Of a DNA stretch of 64,000 nucleotides, positions 51,701 through 61,654 are shown piece after piece. The notes under the pieces are model-generated. The model saw nothing but the letters and a program-made list of their open reading frames with translations, was not told the origin of the DNA and did no database searches. Position 1 is the stretch's first letter. Each line of letters opens with the position of its first letter. Both the position numbers and the translations under genes were made by a program. Source of the stretch: a virus (Duplodnaviria; Caudoviricetes); the IMG/VR virus record IMGVR_UViG_3300029288_000168, positions 5,394 to 69,393 of that record; one strand, written 5' to 3'.

Positions 51701-52976
51701 TACTGATCAATATGAATTGCTTTTACTGTCTACAATAGTAAAAGATGACGATGCGTTTAGGAAGACGATGGGCCTTGCTGACTCCCAGATGTTTTCATCT
51801 GCCATGTCTTCAGACGTTTATGATATACTTCGGGTGTTTTATGCAGAATATAACAGGGTACCTACTCAGTCTGAACTTTTGTATTTGTATAAGCGCGATC
51901 GTACAATTGCCGACGATTCTATTGTTGTTGGTTTCTTAAACCTTATATACACCCAGGAAGTAGACACCAAATTTGTTACCAACGAGCTAAACAGATATGC
52001 TAAGTTGCGTAAACTCGAAAACTTATTTAAGACTTCCTATGAGAAAATTAAGTCTGGTTCTGATGTAGATGTATCATCTACTGTGTCTAGCATGTTTAAG
52101 ATACAGATGGATTCTATAGAAGATAAACATATATATGGAGTTAACATTGATGAGTCAGAGTATATACTGGAACAAGGCAAAACTAGGAAATGTGTGCCAA
52201 CAAATATAAGTTTCTTAAATGATATTCTGCGTACTGGATCGATTGGGGAGGTTGGAGGTCTTGGTGCTGGTCAACTCGGCATAATACTAGCTCCGCCGAA
52301 CTACGGGAAAACGATGTCTTTGTTGAATTTTGCATTATATGCGTGGTTGAAAGGTCACAACGTTTTGTTTGTTACGCTAGAAATGCCAGAGTTTTCCATA
52401 TTGAGGCGTGTAATGATGTTGTTGTCTGGCGCTTTGAAAATGGATATTACTATGGATGGCATTAAGGTTATTAGTGAGAAGGTAAATAAGAAGTTTATGA
52501 TACTTTACAGACCAGTACGATCTATTTCGGTGGATTATTTGTATTCGGTCTACCATCAAGCAGATGCGGATGGTATTAAATTTGATATAATGTATGTAGA
52601 CTATGCAGATTTGTTGTTATCCCAAGCTCGGTACAAGGAAAAACGGTTTGAGTTGGCAGATATATTTAGTGCATTAAAGGCATATTCTCAGATTTTGCAG
52701 ATTCCGGTTTGGTCAGCTACTCAGGCCAATAGAGAGGGCTTGCGAGCCGAAGTGGTTACAATGGAGCATATGTCTGAGTCTATTGATAAAGCATTTGTAA
52801 GCGATGTTGTACTATCGCTGTGTGAGAAGATGGAACCAGGCAAGGTGTCTAAGTTCTTTTTAACAAAACATAGAGAAGGTAAGTCAGATATATACATAGA
52901 TATGTTTGTAAATGATAAAATGTGGGTGGAGAATAGTGAACGAGCTGTTTCCGTTTCTATGGACAATGTAAGCTAA
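51690..52976 (+). CDS. DnaB/gp41-like replicative helicase
   Basis: APPNYGKT, TLEM, YVDYAD, SATQANR, KHREG. Confidence 0.9.
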   Translation: MGFSTDQYELLLLSTIVKDDDAFRKTMGLADSQMFSSAMSSDVYDILRVFYAEYNRVPTQSELLYLYKRDRTIADDSIVVGFLNLIYTQEVDTKFVTNELNRYAKLRKLENLFKTSYEKIKSGSDVDVSSTVSSMFKIQMDSIEDKHIYGVNIDESEYILEQGKTRKCVPTNISFLNDILRTGSIGEVGGLGAGQLGIILAPPNYGKTMSLLNFALYAWLKGHNVLFVTLEMPEFSILRRVMMLLSGALKMDITMDGIKVISEKVNKKFMILYRPVRSISVDYLYSVYHQADADGIKFDIMYVDYADLLLSQARYKEKRFELADIFSALKAYSQILQIPVWSATQANREGLRAEVVTMEHMSESIDKAFVSDVVLSLCEKMEPGKVSKFFLTKHREGKSDIYIDMFVNDKMWVENSERAVSVSMDNVS

Positions 52977-53044
52977 AACTACTGAAGAGGTGAGGTTATA
53001 TAGTTTGCTAATTAAAAATAAAGCGAGAAAGGCGGTAATGAATA

Positions 53045-53377
53045 GTGAAGACAAAAAGATTAAAAGAGATAGAACCAAGAGAGCGACCGACTGTACATTG
53101 TCTTAATTGTATTAACTTTAAGACTCGGTTGATTACTAAGAGGATGATTAAGGATGCGCTTAGAATGAAGTCGCGTGTAGCGTTAGAAGATGAAGGAGAC
53201 AGGCTTGGTTTCCCATTAAACTATATTGTGGCACGCAACGTTAAAAAAGACGGGCAGGCGCGTATTTATTACTGTAGCAAGGGTATGATGAGGCGGAACG
53301 TGTATGTGTGCAAAGATGACAAAAGGTTAAGTACGTTTTGCCCAGAGAATCCCCATTATTGCCAGTGTTATAAGTAA
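53045..53377 (+). CDS. Cys-containing hypothetical protein
   Basis: ORF between helicase and polymerase. Confidence 0.55.
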   Translation: MKTKRLKEIEPRERPTVHCLNCINFKTRLITKRMIKDALRMKSRVALEDEGDRLGFPLNYIVARNVKKDGQARIYYCSKGMMRRNVYVCKDDKRLSTFCPENPHYCQCYK

Positions 53378-53395
53378 TATATTCTACAAAAGTAG

Positions 53396-53424
53396 TTGAC
53401 GTTGTTGTTTAGGTGTGGTATAAT
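53396..53424 (+). promoter_or_regulatory. sigma70-type promoter
   Basis: TTGACG-17-TATAAT. Confidence 0.7.
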
Positions 53425-53449
53425 GTTGTATACAACAAAATGAGGTGAT

Positions 53450-56400
53450 GTGGTGGATTTTAAAGTAGACAACTTTGAATCGTCGGCAAATTGTAGTGCT
53501 TGCACACTTAATAACACTCCTAAAGTTTTTTCCTGTATATCTAATGTAAGTCAGGTGGATATTTTGGTTATTGGTCAGTCTCCAGGTCTAAACGAGGTTA
53601 AAGAGGGTAAGCCGTTTGTCGGTGCGTCTGGTGAGTTGATACACAGGGTGCTTGATCAGTATTCGAAGAATACTGCTATGGTTAATATAATATCCTGTCG
53701 CCCTGAGGATCAGGAAACTAATAAAGACAGGCAACCGTCTACCATAGAGGTAAAGTGTTGTAGACCTAGGCTAGATGCTGATATCAATTACATAATATCT
53801 CATTTGCCCCCAAAAACCATTCTTGTATTTGGTGCAATTGCTAAAAAGGAAATGCAACGCATCTTAAAGTCTAACCCCTCCTACGAGAAAATCCCCATTG
53901 CTACATTCGACCATCCTGCATACATACTTCGCAATAGGCACTTGGAACCTCGGTATGTAGCACAGTTGCATAACCACATGAAGTCCATATTTGGTAATAG
54001 CAGTACGGTAAGTGTAGAAGAGAAATTTGTTACCTATACTGACAACCTTAAACATCAGTTTGTAGAGGATGCTTATAGTTCTAAAAACGTTGGTGTAGAT
54101 ATTGAAACTAATAGTTTAAATGTGTTTAGTTTGTCTTTTATTATAGGAACTATAGCAGTTAGTTGTGATAAGTTTACATATTTCTTTGATTGCAGGGAAA
54201 AAGATATTAAGGAGTACGATGTATTGGTTGACTTCCTGCAATCAGATAAGGTTCAGAAAGTTTTTGCGGATATACTATTTGATGTTGTTGCTTTGGCACA
54301 ATATAATATAAAAGTAAGAAATTATTCAGATTTGTTTCCGTTGGCCTTTATATACGATAATACATACAACGAGTATGGATTAGAGGCAATTAGTATGAGG
54401 TACATGCCAGACTTGGCTGGGTACAAGTCTAAATTCAAGTCTTCTTTGGTAGAGCATGATTATTTAGGGGCTCCAACCGAAGAACTAAAGCGCTATAATG
54501 CCTACGACTCTTACATGACGCGTATGTTGTACAACTACATCTACGACCGTCTGGATGTTAAAGCAAAGACTATATTTGAGAAAATTACTGTAAAGTTGTT
54601 GCCGGTACTTGTAGTGTTGAAATGTTCTGGCATGAAAATAGACGCTGACTTGTTGGATCAATATACGGGTATATTCAAAGGCAGGATAGACGAACTTTCT
54701 AAATATTTTAATGATAAATATGGGGTAACCAACATAAATTCTACGCCCCAAATAAGTAAGTGGTTGTTTGAGACGCTGAAGCTTAAACCTATAAAATATA
54801 ATGATCTAACTGCTACACAAAAAGCAAAGGGACAGAAGAAGGGATCTCCGTCTACGGATAAGGAGGTACTTGAGGCATACGCTAACGAGGTGCCAGATGT
54901 CAATCCGCTTTATGAGGCACGTAGGGTGACCAATGTGCTTACTTACTTTTTGCCGTCCATTAAAGAAAGTTTGGATGATAGAGACATAGTGCATCCAAAC
55001 TTTAAACATTATGGTATACAAAGCTTCCGTTTAGCCTGTAAAGCACCGCCGCTTCAGGGAATTCCGCGTGATGAAACTAAGAGCGAATTTTTAAATCAGT
55101 ATCCGTTACGCAGGTTGTTTGTAGCTAGGTTTAGTGACTCGTATATATTGGAGTGTGACTTCTCGCAACAGGAAGTCAGGATTGTTGCTGAATTGGCTCG
55201 TGATAAAGGCATGATGGATACATTTGCCAAGAACGAAGACATTCACAAGTTTGTTGGATCTCTGGTTTTTGAGAAGCCAATAGATCAGATAACTAAGTTT
55301 GAGCGTCAGATTGCAAAAGGTTGCGTGTTTGGTGCAATTTTTGGGGCATCGGCAAAAGAAATGAGTGTTAGGTTGCATATGCCAGAGAAGCAGGCACAGA
55401 CGTATTTAAATAAATTTGTAGATGCGTTTCCGAGTGTTAGTGACTACCTCGCCCTACAACACAGGGCAGTTAAGAAGAACGGTGTAATTCATACGGTACT
55501 TGGCAGACCGCGAAAGTTTTTGATAGATTCTAATAGCAGATCTGCTATTGCTGATGCGGAACGCGAAGCTGCGAATCACTGTTTTCATTGGGATACTCGT
55601 GTGCTTTTAGAGGGCGGTGCTTCAAAGACAATCAAGGAAATTGTAGATAAAAAGCTTTCTGTTAAAGTTGCTTCGGTGAACAGTGCTACAAATAAAATTG
55701 AATTTAAACGAGTAGTGAATTGGTTTAAGAATGAATACAAGGATCCTCGGTGGTTGCGTGTAAATGTACAAGGTAGCAATGGTAAACATGGAGCGGTGTG
55801 TACACCAGATCATAGATATTACACTTCACGTGGTGTGGTGGAGGCTAAGAATTTGAGAGTTGGTGATATGTTATATACGAATTACTTACATATTCCGTCT
55901 ACCACATGTGAACAAATAATTCTTGGCAGTTTGCTTGGTGATGGTGGTATAAGCATGAGTAATGGTGTACGATTGTATATGACGCATTGTAATAAACAAC
56001 GATCTTATTTAGAGTACAAGTGCAGTATATTACAACCTTATATTGGTGGTAAAGTATCAAAAGGTGTTGCTGGTCTTAAAAGTTTTAAGCCTGGCAATAT
56101 AATGTGGAATTATCGTTCGAATGTGCATTGGAACCTTGCCGAGTATTATAATTTAAAATACCCTAATCTTGGTGTAAAGGATATAGTTAATAAAATAAGT
56201 TGGCTTGGGTTGGCTATATGGTATCAGGATGATGGGGGTTTGTGTCGTAGTAGGCACAATGTGGGGCGTAGATCTCATCACAGAGAAGGTTGGAGGCAGT
56301 TTATAAGGATTCATACAGAAAGTTTTAGTTTTGACGAGTCGATCCTGCTTGCAGAACTGCTAAATAAAAAATTTGGGTTGAAGTTGTATGTACGCAAGAG

Positions 56401-57046
56401 AAAATGTCACGGGGTGGTTGTTCCTGTGGTTGAAATGTATAGTAAACAACATTTAAAGGTGTTCTTTGATAATATTAAAATGCATATTCACCCTGGTTTG
56501 AAGTATAAACTGCCAACTACCTATTGTAATTCTAAATTTGATGGTGGCAGTGGTGGCAATGTTGCTAGAGTTCCGGCGTTGGTTAAGTGTGTTGGTATAA
56601 CTGAGGTTTGTTATTCAAATGACAAACGTAGGGGTTATTTAGATGCTTGTAAACACAAAACTAAATACAATATTGAGGTTGAAGATAACCACAATTATTT
56701 TGTAGGAGGAGGTGCTAAATACTTTTGTTTAGTTAAAAATTGCATTCAATCACTAGGTGCTGACATTTCCTTCCTATCCCTTATAAAAATACATGATAAA
56801 TTGGTTGCAGATGGGGTGTTATACAATGGTGTTTTTATTATAAATACTATACACGATTCTATACTGTTTGATGTGAGACGCCAATACTTAAAGTATGTGT
56901 GCGATGAAATAGCGCCGATTATGACAGATGTGCCAAAGATGCTAGGGTTTAAGGTTAAGTTTCCTGTGGATATAAAGGTAGGCAAGCGCTGGGGTGAGTC
57001 ACTGAAATTGGAGGATATACTAAAACAAGAGGTTGAAAGTGCCTAA
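53450..57046 (+). CDS. polA: Family A DNA polymerase with N-terminal family-4 UDG domain, 3'-5' exonuclease and an intein
   Basis: GQSPG..GKPFVG, HPAYILR; DIET; DFSQQEVR; RQIAKGCVFGAIFG; IHDS. Confidence 0.92.
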   Translation: MVDFKVDNFESSANCSACTLNNTPKVFSCISNVSQVDILVIGQSPGLNEVKEGKPFVGASGELIHRVLDQYSKNTAMVNIISCRPEDQETNKDRQPSTIEVKCCRPRLDADINYIISHLPPKTILVFGAIAKKEMQRILKSNPSYEKIPIATFDHPAYILRNRHLEPRYVAQLHNHMKSIFGNSSTVSVEEKFVTYTDNLKHQFVEDAYSSKNVGVDIETNSLNVFSLSFIIGTIAVSCDKFTYFFDCREKDIKEYDVLVDFLQSDKVQKVFADILFDVVALAQYNIKVRNYSDLFPLAFIYDNTYNEYGLEAISMRYMPDLAGYKSKFKSSLVEHDYLGAPTEELKRYNAYDSYMTRMLYNYIYDRLDVKAKTIFEKITVKLLPVLVVLKCSGMKIDADLLDQYTGIFKGRIDELSKYFNDKYGVTNINSTPQISKWLFETLKLKPIKYNDLTATQKAKGQKKGSPSTDKEVLEAYANEVPDVNPLYEARRVTNVLTYFLPSIKESLDDRDIVHPNFKHYGIQSFRLACKAPPLQGIPRDETKSEFLNQYPLRRLFVARFSDSYILECDFSQQEVRIVAELARDKGMMDTFAKNEDIHKFVGSLVFEKPIDQITKFERQIAKGCVFGAIFGASAKEMSVRLHMPEKQAQTYLNKFVDAFPSVSDYLALQHRAVKKNGVIHTVLGRPRKFLIDSNSRSAIADAEREAANHCFHWDTRVLLEGGASKTIKEIVDKKLSVKVASVNSATNKIEFKRVVNWFKNEYKDPRWLRVNVQGSNGKHGAVCTPDHRYYTSRGVVEAKNLRVGDMLYTNYLHIPSTTCEQIILGSLLGDGGISMSNGVRLYMTHCNKQRSYLEYKCSILQPYIGGKVSKGVAGLKSFKPGNIMWNYRSNVHWNLAEYYNLKYPNLGVKDIVNKISWLGLAIWYQDDGGLCRSRHNVGRRSHHREGWRQFIRIHTESFSFDESILLAELLNKKFGLKLYVRKRKCHGVVVPVVEMYSKQHLKVFFDNIKMHIHPGLKYKLPTTYCNSKFDGGSGGNVARVPALVKCVGITEVCYSNDKRRGYLDACKHKTKYNIEVEDNHNYFVGGGAKYFCLVKNCIQSLGADISFLSLIKIHDKLVADGVLYNGVFIINTIHDSILFDVRRQYLKYVCDEIAPIMTDVPKMLGFKVKFPVDIKVGKRWGESLKLEDILKQEVESA
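55580..56740 (+). mobile_element. Intein (387 aa) with LAGLIDADG endonuclease
   Basis: AANH|CFHWDTRV ... YNIEVEDNHNYF..VKN|CIQS; LGSLLGDG and AIWYQDDG. Confidence 0.92.
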
Positions 57047-57269
57047 AGCAAAGGTTCCGAGGAAGCTTAGTATTGTTAAGTTTGTTACCAAAGGGTTTGA
57101 TACAGACTACATTAGGAGTCTTCCTTTTAAAGAGTCCTATGTTTATGTTTTCTTAGGAGAAATACCGAATATGCGTGGTCGTTGTATAGTTATGAACTAT
57201 AAAAGTGGTTGTATATTTAGCGGGTATCATACGAATAGTTTTGTTGAACTAACCAGGGATGAAGTTTAA
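57033..57269 (+). CDS. Hypothetical protein
   Basis: Overlaps both neighbours; VFLGEIPNMRGRC. Confidence 0.6.
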   Translation: MKVPKAKVPRKLSIVKFVTKGFDTDYIRSLPFKESYVYVFLGEIPNMRGRCIVMNYKSGCIFSGYHTNSFVELTRDEV

Positions 57270-58314
57270 AACAAGGAGGTGTGTTGTGCAGGAAGGAAAG
57301 CTTAACGTTTTAATTGGAATTTCATTTGGGTCAGAAGGTAAAGGCAATGTTGCCAATTATTTGGCTGTCAAGCATCCGGATTTGGATTTGTGTATTGCTA
57401 ACAATTCTCCGAATGCTGGTCATCAAATAAAGCGTGAAGATGGTACGGTAGAGACTATAAAGATGTTGCCTACTGCTGGTGTTATTTGTAAAGGTGCCAA
57501 CATCTTGCTTGGATCTGGTTCTGTTATAGATAAGGATAAGTTGATCGAGGAAATAAACAAATACGACGTTGCTGGCAGGCTTACTGTGTCGGCTTTTGCT
57601 CCTGTAGTAAGCGAGGAGTGTAAAGAATATGAAAGGGAGAACTTAAAGTATATAGCATCTACGTTTCAGGGTACTGGTGCGGCTATCGGATTGAAGGCCA
57701 TGCGATCGCCGTCTATTAAGTTAGTTAAGGATTACCCTGAATTGGAAAAGTGGTGTCACTATCATACACCCGATATTATACTTAATCGGGTAGGCAAAGC
57801 TGGTCATACTGCACTAGCGGAGGTTTGCCAAGGATATGGGCTGTCCGTAGATTCAGAGCACTATCCTCACGTTACGTCGCGCCCAGTTAATGTTGGTCAG
57901 GCTTTTGGGTATTTAGATGTACCCCCGTCGTTGTGTGGTGATGTAATCGGAGTGGCGCGTACCTACATAATAAGAGTAGGTAACGTGGAAGGAGGTTCAT
58001 CTGGTGATACCTTCTACGATTCTAAGGAGGTATCTTGGGAAGAAGTATCTGCTAAGTTGAACAGACCGACTATTGAGTTTACGTCTGTAACTAAGCGCAA
58101 GAGAAGGGTGTTTACTTTTTCCAAGTACTTGTTTAACCAAGCTGTTAAGCGCAACGGTGTAAATGTACTTTTCCTAACTTTTGTCGATTATTTGTTGCCC
58201 GATGAGTTGAAGGAGATGACTGATTATGTAACGTCTGATGAGTTCAACTTTAAGGAAATTTACTTTGTACGTGGGTTCGGAGAATTTGACAAATTCGTGG
58301 AAAAGATTAGGTAA
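57259..58314 (+). CDS. purZ: Adenylosuccinate synthetase-like protein with the PurZ/PurZ0 Asp-to-Ser signature
   Basis: FGSEGKG, PNAGH, QGYGL..YPHVTSR, VTKRKRRVFTFS, LTFVDY. Confidence 0.7.
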   Translation: MKFKTRRCVVQEGKLNVLIGISFGSEGKGNVANYLAVKHPDLDLCIANNSPNAGHQIKREDGTVETIKMLPTAGVICKGANILLGSGSVIDKDKLIEEINKYDVAGRLTVSAFAPVVSEECKEYERENLKYIASTFQGTGAAIGLKAMRSPSIKLVKDYPELEKWCHYHTPDIILNRVGKAGHTALAEVCQGYGLSVDSEHYPHVTSRPVNVGQAFGYLDVPPSLCGDVIGVARTYIIRVGNVEGGSSGDTFYDSKEVSWEEVSAKLNRPTIEFTSVTKRKRRVFTFSKYLFNQAVKRNGVNVLFLTFVDYLLPDELKEMTDYVTSDEFNFKEIYFVRGFGEFDKFVEKIR

Positions 58315-59003
58315 TGAATCCGTGCTTTGAGACAGAGCTGGGCAAGTTGTATAATGCAGACTGTATGTCAGTATTGCCTAGTATTGATGATTCAAGTGTG
58401 GATTTGGTAGTTACTGATCCGCCGTATAACTTCGATTGTCGTGGCAGAGGTACTGTACATACGGCTAAAGACGATTTTGCTAATAATGCAATGTCGCCAG
58501 AAGAATATGTTGCTTGGTTTAAGCAAGTAGTTGATCAGTTATATAGGGTTGTAAAAGACGGCGGTGCTGTCTACGTTTATTGCGGATGGAAATTGTACCC
58601 GCATGTATACCCGATAATTGGTAAGTTGTTTGATATAAAGAACTGTATTGTTTGGCGGAAGCAACATTTTGGGGTCGGTTATCACTTTAGGTTTCAGCAT
58701 GAGTTTGTAGTATTTGCTACTAAGGGTAAACACCAACTGCGCCTACAGAAGCGGAATATATCAGATGTATGGGACATTGACAAGGAGAACAACAATCGTG
58801 TGCATCCAGCTCAAAAGCCTGTTGAGGCTATGTCACGTCCGATATTGTACTCTACTGATGTGGGCGGGTTGGTGTTAGACCCTTTTAATGGATCTGGTAC
58901 AACGTCACTTGCAGCCGAACGATCTGGTCGCAAATGGATAGGCATTGAGATGGACACAGAATACTGTGATAAAACCATAGAGAGAATAATTAAGAATGTA
59001 TAA
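58314..59003 (+). CDS. N4-C/N6-A DNA methyltransferase (beta class)
   Basis: VTDPPY, HPAQKP, VLDPFNGSGTT. Confidence 0.9.
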   Translation: MNPCFETELGKLYNADCMSVLPSIDDSSVDLVVTDPPYNFDCRGRGTVHTAKDDFANNAMSPEEYVAWFKQVVDQLYRVVKDGGAVYVYCGWKLYPHVYPIIGKLFDIKNCIVWRKQHFGVGYHFRFQHEFVVFATKGKHQLRLQKRNISDVWDIDKENNNRVHPAQKPVEAMSRPILYSTDVGGLVLDPFNGSGTTSLAAERSGRKWIGIEMDTEYCDKTIERIIKNV

Positions 59004-59080
59004 GTTTATTGCGTGGATTATAAGGCTGAATTTGAAGCCACTAGAGTGGAAGATTAATAGTATGTTGAGGAGGATTAAAG

Positions 59081-60802
59081 ATGCAACTTAGCCAGAACGC
59101 TATACAGGTGCTTGAGAAGAGGTATTTAGCAAAAGATAGGACTGGAAAGGTAATTGAAACCCCAGAACAACTTTTTGAGAGGGTAGCACGCACTATATCG
59201 GGTGCGGAGCGCGATGAGTCTATGAGTGAGTATGAGGAGAAATTTTATAAGATTATGACTAATTTGGAGTTTTTGCCAAATACTCCTACCCTTATAAACG
59301 CTGGGCGTGCAATAGGGCAATTATCCGCATGTTTTGTACTCAACATTGATGATAGCATGGAGTCTATATTTACCACGCTTAGAGATGCTGCATTGGTTCA
59401 AAAAAGCGGCGGAGGTTGTGGGTACAGTTTTTCCAATGTTCGTCCGTCTGGCGATTTAGTTAAGAGTACTAATAAGTGTGCGGGTGGTCCAATAGCGTTT
59501 ATTCGTATATTTGATAAGGCCATGGAAGCAATAGAGCAAGGCGGAGTGCGCCACGGTGCAAATCTTGGAACGTTAAGGATAGATCATCCGGATATAGTGA
59601 GTTTTATAGAGTGTAAACAAAAAGAAGGGGATATACCTAACTTTAACTTGTCTGTAGGTATTACTGATGAGTTTATGTCTGCAGTTAAGAGTGATAGGAT
59701 GCACCAATTGATTAATCCTCATACTGGTGCTGTTGTTAAAGAAATTAAGGCTAAAAAGTTGTTTGATCTAATAGTTCACCATGCTTGGGCAAACGGGGAA
59801 CCGGGCATTTTGTTCCTTGATGAGATGAACCGTCACAATATGATACCAAATGTTGGTGCCATAGAGTCGACGAATCCGTGCGGAGAGTTGCCACTTTTGG
59901 CGTATGAGTCGTGCAATTTAGGATCTGTAAACCTTGGAAGATTTGTCAAAGCTGAGAAGGTGGACTACGATCGCCTTGAGTATGTAGTTAGGCTTGCAAC
60001 AAGGTTTCTTGATGATGTGATAGACATGAACAAATACCCTATATCTCAAATAGAAACAAAGACTAAAATGACTAGGAAAATTGGGTTAGGAATTATGGGA
60101 TTTGCGGACATGCTTATTAAACTAAATATACAGTATGATACTGAAGAGGCAGTACGTTATGCGTCTGATGTTATGAGAAAGATTCGGCAATGGTCTATTG
60201 ATGAGTCTTCTAAGCTTGCTGAAGTGCGCGGTGTTTTCCCGGCTTGGCGCGGGAGCCGTTGGCAAACTGACGAGGGAGTTAGGTTAAGGAATGCAGGACT
60301 GACTGCTATAGCTCCTACAGGCACATTGTCCATTATTGCTAATGCATCTAGTGGGTGTGAGCCATATTATTCGAAGACTGTAAAGAAGCATGTAATTAAT
60401 ACTATACTCGAAGAGGAGGTTGAGTATGCTAAATCAGACTGCTTCATTACAGCTAAGGAAATATCGCCAGAATGGCATGTTAAGATCCAGGCGGCTCTTC
60501 AGGCGCAAACGTGTTCGGCAGTTAGTAAGACTATTAATTTTCCGAATGATGCTACTGAGGATGATATTAAGAGATCTATACTGTTAGCTTATAAATTAAA
60601 ATGTAAGGGTATTGCTTTGTACCGCGATGGATCAAGGGAAAAGCAAGTTTTGTATAGTGGAGATGCAAAGAAGGATGTTGTACCTACTAAGGAAAAGGCG
60701 ATAGAAAAGTGTCCAGAGTGTGGGGCTGATGTTGTAAATGAGTCTGGGTGCGTCAAATGTTCAAATGCGGGTTGTGGCTGGTCAGCTTGCAAAATTTCGT
60801 AA
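59081..60802 (+). CDS. nrdJ: Class II (B12-dependent) ribonucleotide reductase
   Basis: PNTPTL, ACFV, TNPCGE, ESCNLG, GLGIMG, IAPTGT, C-terminal Zn ribbon. Confidence 0.88.
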   Translation: MQLSQNAIQVLEKRYLAKDRTGKVIETPEQLFERVARTISGAERDESMSEYEEKFYKIMTNLEFLPNTPTLINAGRAIGQLSACFVLNIDDSMESIFTTLRDAALVQKSGGGCGYSFSNVRPSGDLVKSTNKCAGGPIAFIRIFDKAMEAIEQGGVRHGANLGTLRIDHPDIVSFIECKQKEGDIPNFNLSVGITDEFMSAVKSDRMHQLINPHTGAVVKEIKAKKLFDLIVHHAWANGEPGILFLDEMNRHNMIPNVGAIESTNPCGELPLLAYESCNLGSVNLGRFVKAEKVDYDRLEYVVRLATRFLDDVIDMNKYPISQIETKTKMTRKIGLGIMGFADMLIKLNIQYDTEEAVRYASDVMRKIRQWSIDESSKLAEVRGVFPAWRGSRWQTDEGVRLRNAGLTAIAPTGTLSIIANASSGCEPYYSKTVKKHVINTILEEEVEYAKSDCFITAKEISPEWHVKIQAALQAQTCSAVSKTINFPNDATEDDIKRSILLAYKLKCKGIALYRDGSREKQVLYSGDAKKDVVPTKEKAIEKCPECGADVVNESGCVKCSNAGCGWSACKIS

Positions 60803-60815
60803 AGGAGATGTATCG

Positions 60816-61304
60816 ATGAGCGAACAATTGGATGAAATATTAAACAACATCAGTTTGGCCTTTGGTATAGATAACCTAGAGGTAGTGTTTCCAGAAGATA
60901 CCTTAGTTGAATTGTCTTTGTTTAGGATATCCAAAATAGATGCTACTAGGTTAGATGAGGAGTTGGTATTTGAACCAAAGGTTTACATGTTGTTCTGTGC
61001 AATACTGGCGCACGTTTCAAATAAATATGAGCGCATGGAAGCTCATGTGGAGCAGTTGGATGCTAAATTATCGCTGAAGTACGAGAAGCATTTAATAAGT
61101 TCTGATGAGCGTGTTTCTGACAAGAAGATTGATAAACTGGTCAAAGCTGATGATGATTATGTAGAGGCTGTTAACAAATGCCTTGAGTATAAAAACATGG
61201 TTATTACGTTTAGGAATATACTTAATGGCTTGGATAAGAAGCATGATGGTTTGATGCAATTATCATCAAAACGTAACAAAGAAATTTCACAGAGGATGAT
61301 ATGA
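60816..61304 (+). CDS. UvsY-like recombination mediator
   Basis: Coiled coil, KKIDKLVKADDDY..GLDKK; upstream of RecA; AAGGAG SD. Confidence 0.65.
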   Translation: MSEQLDEILNNISLAFGIDNLEVVFPEDTLVELSLFRISKIDATRLDEELVFEPKVYMLFCAILAHVSNKYERMEAHVEQLDAKLSLKYEKHLISSDERVSDKKIDKLVKADDDYVEAVNKCLEYKNMVITFRNILNGLDKKHDGLMQLSSKRNKEISQRMI

Positions 61305-61642
61305 ATTTATTGATGGCAGTAGTGTTTGCGCACTACATTGCTGATTGGGCTCTCCAAACGGAGTTTGTAGCTAGGAACAAGGGCAAATATGGGTATATTA
61401 TGTTTAGCCACAGCATGGTGTGGACTGGAGTTATTTGCTTTGTTTTAAACTACTACAATGCTTATTCTTTATGGAAACTTGTATTTTTGTTGGTTGGTCA
61501 TATGTGGATGGATCAATATAAAATGGATAGGGTAAAAGAAGACTGTTCTGCTAGCAGGGAAACAGAAAAACACAATTTAAGACTGCTTTATATAGATCAG
61601 GCGTGGCATTTTGTGCAGTGTGTTGTTGTTAGTATATTTTAA
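61301..61642 (+). CDS. DUF3307-like membrane protein
   Basis: AHYIADWALQT, HSMVW, HMWMD, DQAWH. Confidence 0.75.
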   Translation: MNLLMAVVFAHYIADWALQTEFVARNKGKYGYIMFSHSMVWTGVICFVLNYYNAYSLWKLVFLLVGHMWMDQYKMDRVKEDCSASRETEKHNLRLLYIDQAWHFVQCVVVSIF

Positions 61643-61654
61643 AGGAGATGTACA

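Noticed and set aside
59081-60802. Intron or intein in the RNR gene
   Set aside because: Motifs are contiguous and the length fits a compact NrdJ
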